Source of the DNA: an uncultured Myxococcia bacterium
Lineage (GTDB): Bacteria > Myxococcota > Myxococcia > SLRQ01
NCBI GenBank assembly: GCA_964471535.1
Contig: CAYYHA010000001.1
Location: 6,285 to 70,284, forward strand
DNA: 64,000 nt
Direction: 5' to 3'
The notes beneath the pieces are model-generated. The model was not told the DNA's origin, did not search any database, and saw only the letters and a list, made by a program, of their open reading frames with translations. Position numbers and translations under genes: made by a program. Of the stretch, positions 58,672 through 64,000 are shown piece after piece; position 1 is the stretch's first letter; every line of letters begins with the position of its first letter.

Positions 58672-59754
58672 ATGCTGCAGGCCGTGCTTCCCATCCCTTG
58701 GCCGAGGGTGCGACCGCCCCTCTGCCGTGCCCTCGGCCCCCTTCTCTTTGCGCTCCTGCTCGGTGCTCCTGCCCGGGCGGACGATCTCTCGCTGCAACTG
58801 CTGGGCTCGGTGCGGGCCGGTTCCAAGCGAGGCCCCGCTCTCCTCGCCACGGTGGAGAAGCCGGCGAAGCTGCTGCGGGTGGAACTTCACTCCGACCGCG
58901 GCAAGCCGGCGACCATGGTACGGCGAGGGCTGAAGCCGGGGCGTGAGTACGCCCTGAAGCTGCCGAAGCTGCCGGGCCGGACCCACTGGCGCGGCAAGCT
59001 GACGGTGCGCTTCGCCGACGGGAGCCAAGGCTCCATGCCCCTCGATTTCGAGACGGTGGTGACCACCGAGGAGCTCACGCTGACGAGCGATGCCACCCGA
59101 GAGGACGTTCTTGCAGGCCATGCCCGCATCACGGCGAACCGGAACGTAAAGAAGGTGACGGTTCGGGTCACTGGTGAAGGCGGCCGTGATCTGGGTGGGG
59201 GCGCACAGACCTTCCACCCCCCTGCGCCCGCCGGCACCCCCTTCGAGGTGCGGTGGCAGATGGGGGAGGGCGAGCCCATCAAGATCGAGGTGACGGCCGA
59301 GGACGTGGATGGCTTCACCCGCGGTCTCATCTTCATGCCTTGGGAGGTGAAGATCCCACACGAGGAGGTCGAGTTCGACACGGGCAAGGCGGTGATCCGT
59401 CCCGACCAGATGCCGAAGCTCGAGGCCGTGCTCGAACAGCTGAACGCCGCAATCCGCAAGTACGGCCAGGTGGTGGAAGTCGGTCTCTACATCGCTGGCC
59501 ACACCGATACGGTCGGAGATGCGGCCTACAACCGGAAGCTCTCGATGCAGCGGGCGCGGGCCATCGCGCGGTGGTTCCGCTCTCACGGCGTGCGTGTTCC
59601 CATCTACTACCGGGGCTTCGGAGAGGAGGCGCTCGCCGTACCCACGCCCGACGAGACGCCCGAGGCGCGGAACCGGCGCGCGGAGTACGTGGTGAGCGGC
59701 GAGGACCCCTACGCGGGGCAGGCCCTGCCCGGCCGGTGGCAGCGGCTTCCCTAG
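58672..59754 (+). CDS. OmpA-family protein (C-terminal peptidoglycan-binding OmpA-like domain)
   Basis: It has a signal peptide and the C-terminal IAGHTDTVGDAAYNRKLSMQRARAIARWF...NRRAEYVV. Confidence 0.8.
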   Translation: MLQAVLPIPWPRVRPPLCRALGPLLFALLLGAPARADDLSLQLLGSVRAGSKRGPALLATVEKPAKLLRVELHSDRGKPATMVRRGLKPGREYALKLPKLPGRTHWRGKLTVRFADGSQGSMPLDFETVVTTEELTLTSDATREDVLAGHARITANRNVKKVTVRVTGEGGRDLGGGAQTFHPPAPAGTPFEVRWQMGEGEPIKIEVTAEDVDGFTRGLIFMPWEVKIPHEEVEFDTGKAVIRPDQMPKLEAVLEQLNAAIRKYGQVVEVGLYIAGHTDTVGDAAYNRKLSMQRARAIARWFRSHGVRVPIYYRGFGEEALAVPTPDETPEARNRRAEYVVSGEDPYAGQALPGRWQRLP

Positions 59755-59821
59755 ATGAGGCGCCAGCGCAGCGGGGCAGCGGCCCTTCACCCACCGGAGG
59801 CTCTTCGCTATCACGCGCCCC

Positions 59822-61474
59822 ATGCGCCCCCAAACGCTGCTTCTCCTTCTTGCGCTCCTCCTCCCCCGCGTTGCCGCAGCCGAGGATCCATGTGCGACGC
59901 CGCGCAAGGCGGTGGACACGCTGCTCTACTGGCAGCAGCCTGAACACCACGATCCCGCCAAGGCCGCCGCCTGTCTCGATCTCTCCCGTGCTGCGGATGC
60001 GAACCCGCGGGAGCGGGCTCGGCAGATCAAGGAGATCCTCGACGCGCAGGGGCTCTTCGTCCGCCTCGAGGCCGTCCCAGACGATCCTGCTTACCGGGAT
60101 GCCGAGGGGCGCGCCCGCTACGTTCTCTTCCCGCGCCGGCAGCCCGAACTCTACGTAGAGAAGAAGGGCAAGCGATGGCTGTGGAGCGCGGAGACGGTGG
60201 CGCTTGCGCCCAAGCTCCACAAGGAGGTCATCGCCTTCGATCTCCGGCGTTATGCGGAGCAGTTGCCGGAGTGGGTGAGGGCCCGGGTGGTCGGCGTGTA
60301 CCTGTGGCAGCTCGCCGGGCTGCTCGCGCTCTTGCTCCTCGCCTTCTTCGTCCGGCTCATCGTCATGGTGCTCGTCGCCCACCAGGCCCGGCGCTGGATG
60401 GCGCGGCTCGGTGCGAGCTGGGCGGAGGATCTGCTCTCCCGGGTGGACAAGCCCATCGGCACCCTGGTTGCCGCCGGCTTCTTCGCCCTCTTCCTTCCGT
60501 GGCTGCAGCTCCCGGTGCGCGTCAACCTGGTGGGCTTTCTCGCCGCGCGGGTGGTCGCCGCCTTCTCGGTGGTGTGGGCGGTGTACCGGCTGGTCGACCT
60601 CATCGCCGGCTGGCTGGAGCAGAAGGCGAAGCGGACGGAGACCCGCCTCGACGACCAGCTCGTTCCGCTGGTCCGCAGTGCGCTGAAGGTCTTCACCGTC
60701 GCGATCGGGGTCATCTTCGTCCTGCAGAACCTCGACGTGGACGTGGCCTCGCTCCTGGCCGGCCTCGGCATCGGCGGCCTGGCCTTCGCTCTGGCCGCGA
60801 AGGATACGGTGGCGAACCTTTTCGGCGCGGTGACCATCTTCGTGGACCGGCCCTTTCAGATCGGGGACTGGGTGGTCATCGATGGGACCGAGGGCATCGT
60901 CGAGCGCGTCGGCTTTCGCAGCACGCGGATTCGCACCTTCTACAACTCGCTGGTCGCCGTCCCCAATCAGAAGGTCGCCAATGCGGTCATCGACAACTAC
61001 GGGGAGCGAAAGTACCGCCGGGCGGTGGCACGGATCGGGCTCACCTACGATTCCAAACCGGAGCAGATCCAGGCCTTCGTCGAGGGCGTGCGGGCGATCA
61101 TCCAGGCCAATCCCCACACCCGGAAGGATTACTACGAGGTCCACTTCAACGAGTTCGGGGACAGCGGCCTCATCGTGCTGGTCTACTTCTTCTTCAAGGT
61201 GCCCACCTGGAGCGACGAACTCCGAGAGAAGCACAACGTCTACCTCGAGATCCTGCGCCTCGCCGAGGCGCTGAACCTGGACTTTGCGTTCCCCACCCGG
61301 ACCTTGCACGTGGAGACCCTGCCCGAGCCGGGCACCTACCCCCACCGGGAGGTGCCCGACGATCTGGCGGCCATCGTTCGCGACTTCGGGCCCGGTGGAA
61401 AGCGGGCGCGTCCCGAGGGGCCCAAGCTCACCGACGGCTACTTCGCTCGGCCCGAGGACAAGAAGGCCGGATAG
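59822..61474 (+). CDS. MscS-family mechanosensitive channel with periplasmic N-terminal domain (MscK/YbdG-like)
   Basis: A signal peptide is followed by multiple TM helices and the MscS core FRVGLVTTD-like region (...IVERVGFRSTRIRTFYNSLVAVPN...). Confidence 0.9.
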   Translation: MRPQTLLLLLALLLPRVAAAEDPCATPRKAVDTLLYWQQPEHHDPAKAAACLDLSRAADANPRERARQIKEILDAQGLFVRLEAVPDDPAYRDAEGRARYVLFPRRQPELYVEKKGKRWLWSAETVALAPKLHKEVIAFDLRRYAEQLPEWVRARVVGVYLWQLAGLLALLLLAFFVRLIVMVLVAHQARRWMARLGASWAEDLLSRVDKPIGTLVAAGFFALFLPWLQLPVRVNLVGFLAARVVAAFSVVWAVYRLVDLIAGWLEQKAKRTETRLDDQLVPLVRSALKVFTVAIGVIFVLQNLDVDVASLLAGLGIGGLAFALAAKDTVANLFGAVTIFVDRPFQIGDWVVIDGTEGIVERVGFRSTRIRTFYNSLVAVPNQKVANAVIDNYGERKYRRAVARIGLTYDSKPEQIQAFVEGVRAIIQANPHTRKDYYEVHFNEFGDSGLIVLVYFFFKVPTWSDELREKHNVYLEILRLAEALNLDFAFPTRTLHVETLPEPGTYPHREVPDDLAAIVRDFGPGGKRARPEGPKLTDGYFARPEDKKAG

Positions 61475-61739
61475 TGCCGTCAGACCGGGCTCGGGGCGGA
61501 CTCGATGGCGAGGCATCGACTGCCTCCGGTCCCGTGCGTTGACAAGCCCAAGGGGCGCTTTACCTTCGCGGCTGAGTCGAGGCGGACGAGGATGCGCCGG
61601 TCGTTCGGGCGAGCGGTCCCGGGCCGGTCGGATGGCGCGGGCGCTCGGGACAGGGGCGTTCGTGCGGGCGGCCGTAGCGGCGGCGCATTCCCGCCGGCCG
61701 CACCGGTACACCTGTATCCACTGAAAGGAGGAGATTGCG

Positions 61740-62195
61740 ATGCTGACCCGATGGAACGATTTCGGATTCCAGAGTCCGCTGCTGGCGCTCGAGGACTTCC
61801 GCCGGCAGATGGACCAATTCTTCGACACCTACGAACGAGCCGCCTGGCCGCGGGCCGCGCGGACCTTCGAGGGGCCGCGGACCACCCTCTTCGATGCGGG
61901 GGATGCCTTCGTCGTGAAGGCGGAAGTGCCGGGCCTCTCCGAGAACGACCTCCAGATCGATCTGACCGGGGACGTGCTGACCCTCCGCGGCGAGCGGAAG
62001 GCCGAGGTCCCCGAGGGCTGGTCGGTTCATCGGCGGGAGCGCACCGACTGGAAGTTCAGCCGGAGCTTCACCCTGCCGGCGAAGGTCGACCCGGAGAAGA
62101 CCAGCGCCACGCTGAAGAACGGCATCCTGACGATCACCCTGGAGAAGGCCCCCGAAACGCGCCCGCGACGGATCGCGGTCAAGGGCGAGCACTGA
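61740..62195 (+). CDS. Hsp20/alpha-crystallin family small heat-shock protein
   Basis: The RBS AAAGGAGGAG is followed by the alpha-crystallin domain (FDAGDAFVVKAEVPGLSENDLQIDLTGDVLTLRGER...LKNGILTITL). Confidence 0.9.
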   Translation: MLTRWNDFGFQSPLLALEDFRRQMDQFFDTYERAAWPRAARTFEGPRTTLFDAGDAFVVKAEVPGLSENDLQIDLTGDVLTLRGERKAEVPEGWSVHRRERTDWKFSRSFTLPAKVDPEKTSATLKNGILTITLEKAPETRPRRIAVKGEH

Positions 62196-62208
62196 TGGGA
62201 AGGAGGTT

Positions 62209-62607
62209 TTGGCCATGAGCACCGAGATGACCCGCAAGGAAAGCCAGACGCCCGAGGTGGTGCACCAGAGCCAATGGCCCACCGTGGCACCGCCCGTGGA
62301 CGTCTTCGAGAACGACGACGCCCTGATGATCGTGGCGGACCTGCCCGGCGTGGACAAGCAGGACCTCCACCTGAACCTGGAGAACGACCAGCTCACCATC
62401 GAGGGCTACTGGTCGCAGGCGGAGGCCGCCGGTGACGGCATGGTCGCCGGGGATCTGCGCCCGGTGAACTATCGCCGCGTCTTCACCCTCCCCGGCGGGC
62501 TCGACTTCGACAAGGTCGAAGCGGAGCTGAAGAACGGGGTGCTCACCGTGCAGCTGCCCAAGCAGGAGGCGGTGAAGCCGCGGCGCATCCAGGTGAAGTC
62601 CGCCTGA
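62209..62607 (+). CDS. Hsp20/alpha-crystallin family small heat-shock protein (second, tandem copy)
   Basis: VDVFENDDALMIVADLPGVDKQDLHLNLENDQLTIEG...LKNGVLTVQLPK is present. The RBS GGAAGGAGG lies upstream. Confidence 0.9.
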   Translation: MAMSTEMTRKESQTPEVVHQSQWPTVAPPVDVFENDDALMIVADLPGVDKQDLHLNLENDQLTIEGYWSQAEAAGDGMVAGDLRPVNYRRVFTLPGGLDFDKVEAELKNGVLTVQLPKQEAVKPRRIQVKSA

Positions 62608-62656
62608 TCCGAGGGCTTCATGCGGCGGACCGTCTTCGCTGGCGGTCCGCGACGAC

Positions 62657-62694
62657 GGGCCCGCGCCCCTGGGGGTGCGGGCCCTTCCTTGTGG
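62657..62694 (+). terminator. Putative intrinsic terminator after the second hsp20 gene
   Basis: The GC-rich inverted repeat GGGCCCGC-(loop)-GCGGGCCC is followed by TTCCTTGT. A second hairpin (GCGGACCG...CGGTCCGC) lies just upstream at about 62631-62660. Confidence 0.35.
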
Positions 62695-62710
62695 TACAAC
62701 GGGGCTGTCC

Positions 62711-63990
62711 ATGGCTCGGCGTGTCTGCACCACGGTTCTCCTCTCCGCCGTGCTCTCCATGCCGGCCCGGGCGGAGGTTCCGCTGCCCGGCACGCAGCCG
62801 GAGGACCTCGCCACACCGCTGCAGCCGAGCGAGAGCTGTGCGAACTGCCACGGTGGCTTCGACGAGGCCCGCGTGGTGGAGCCCTGGGATACCTGGGCGG
62901 GATCGCCCATGGCCCATGCGGCGCGGGATCCTCTCTTCCTCGCTTCGCTGACCATCACCGAGCAAGACCTCCCCGGTGCCGGGGACTTCTGCCTACGCTG
63001 TCACGCACCCAATGGCTGGCTCGCCGGGCGGAGCACCCCCGGCGATGGGCGCCAGCTTCGCGGCGAGGACTGGGAGGGGATTGGCTGCGACTTCTGCCAC
63101 CGCCTCGAAGAGGGCACGGCCCAGGATCCGCAGGCGCCCTACGTGGGCAATGCGCAGTACTTCGTGAGCAACGATCCCGCCAAGCGTGGGGGCCTCTCCA
63201 ATCCAGCCGCGGAGCACGCAACCATCGACTCCGACTACCACCGCTCCTCGATGCTCTGCGCCCTCTGTCACGATGTGACCAACCCCCTGCTCCCGCAGCG
63301 GGATCCCGCCACCGGCGCCTCACTCGGTCGGAACGTGGCCCTCGAACGCACCTGGACCGAGTGGGCCCAGAGCGATTTTCCCGACGAGGGCATCGGCTGC
63401 ACCGATTGCCACATGGGCGCCTACGACGGGCTGACTGCGGGCACTGCGGCGGCACCGGCGCGCTTGGGCCTGCACGGGCACGAGTTCAATGGCGGCAACG
63501 CGTGGCTGCCCCTCGCCTTGGCCGAGGCGGATCCGTCCCTCGGGGCGGCGCGAGCGGAGTCCCTCGACCACGCCCGCGCGAAGGCCCTCGAAGCGCTTCA
63601 GGAGGCAGCGACCGTCGAGGTGTTGCCGCCGGAGCAGGGCCGCGTCGGGGAGCCGCTCCGCTTCGAGGTGCGGGTCACCAACCTCACCGGCCACAAGCTG
63701 CCCACCGGGTACCCCGAGGGGCGTCGGATGTGGCTGCAGGTGGTGGTGCGCGATGGCGGTGGCCGCGAGCTGATGCACAGCGGCGCCTACGACACGACAA
63801 CGGCGACCCTCGAGGAGGATCCTCAGCTCCGGCTCTACGAGGCGAAGTGGGGGGTCAGCGGCGGAGCGCCGGCGACGGAGAGCAGCTTCCACTTCGCACT
63901 GGTGGACGCGCTGCTCACCGATACCCGGATCCCGCCACGCGGCTTTCGTCCCAGCGACGAGACGCGGCCGGTGGGCCGCAGCTACGAGGG
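62711..63990 (+). CDS. Multiheme c-type cytochrome (at least 5 CxxCH), secreted; partial, continues past the window end
   Basis: The frame is open from the ATG at 62711 to the end of the window and is absent from the ORF track because it has no stop. A signal peptide (MARRVCTTVLLSAVLSMPARA) is followed by the heme-binding motifs CANCH, CLRCH, CDFCH, CALCH and CTDCH. Confidence 0.75.
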
Positions 63991-64000
63991 GCCGTACGAT

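Noticed and set aside
59333-61828. 831-aa minus ORF
   Set aside because: It is antisense to the OmpA-family and MscS genes.

Overview
This is a 64 kb high-GC (about 70%+) chromosomal segment whose gene content points to a Myxococcota-type deltaproteobacterium. The evidence is the Cys-rich 6-Cys repeat lipoproteins, the thrombospondin-type-3 repeat lipoprotein, many secreted or lipoprotein genes, and arginine-rich spurious ORFs on every antisense frame.

The window is mostly core or housekeeping-like. It contains metH, rapA, msrA, crcB, pntAA-pntAB-pntB, speD-speE, cysK, a DegP/HtrA protease, an RluA-family pseudouridine synthase, a TrmH/SpoU methyltransferase, an MscS channel, tandem Hsp20 genes, an MltB-family transglycosylase, DAHP synthase and a PHP-family histidinol phosphatase. 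Several surface or envelope modules are interspersed. I found no rRNA, tRNA, CRISPR array, transposase or integrase.

Two real genes run off the window edges and are absent from the ORF track. One is a transglutaminase-like membrane protein at 1-724 (-). The other is a multiheme (at least 5 CxxCH) cytochrome c at 62711-end (+).

The best candidates for something not routinely described are:
- a giant lipoprotein with Ig-like repeats and a VWA domain, translationally coupled to an unknown Trp-rich protein;
- a divergent pair of a Cys-rich repeat lipoprotein and a membrane protein with a PA14 domain;
- an orphan class-III-like PhaC;
- a KamA-family radical SAM aminomutase with a leaderless promoter, convergent on a DUF2914-like membrane protein;
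- an orphan response-regulator/Hpt pair.

All functional calls rest on motif recognition by eye. No database search was run.
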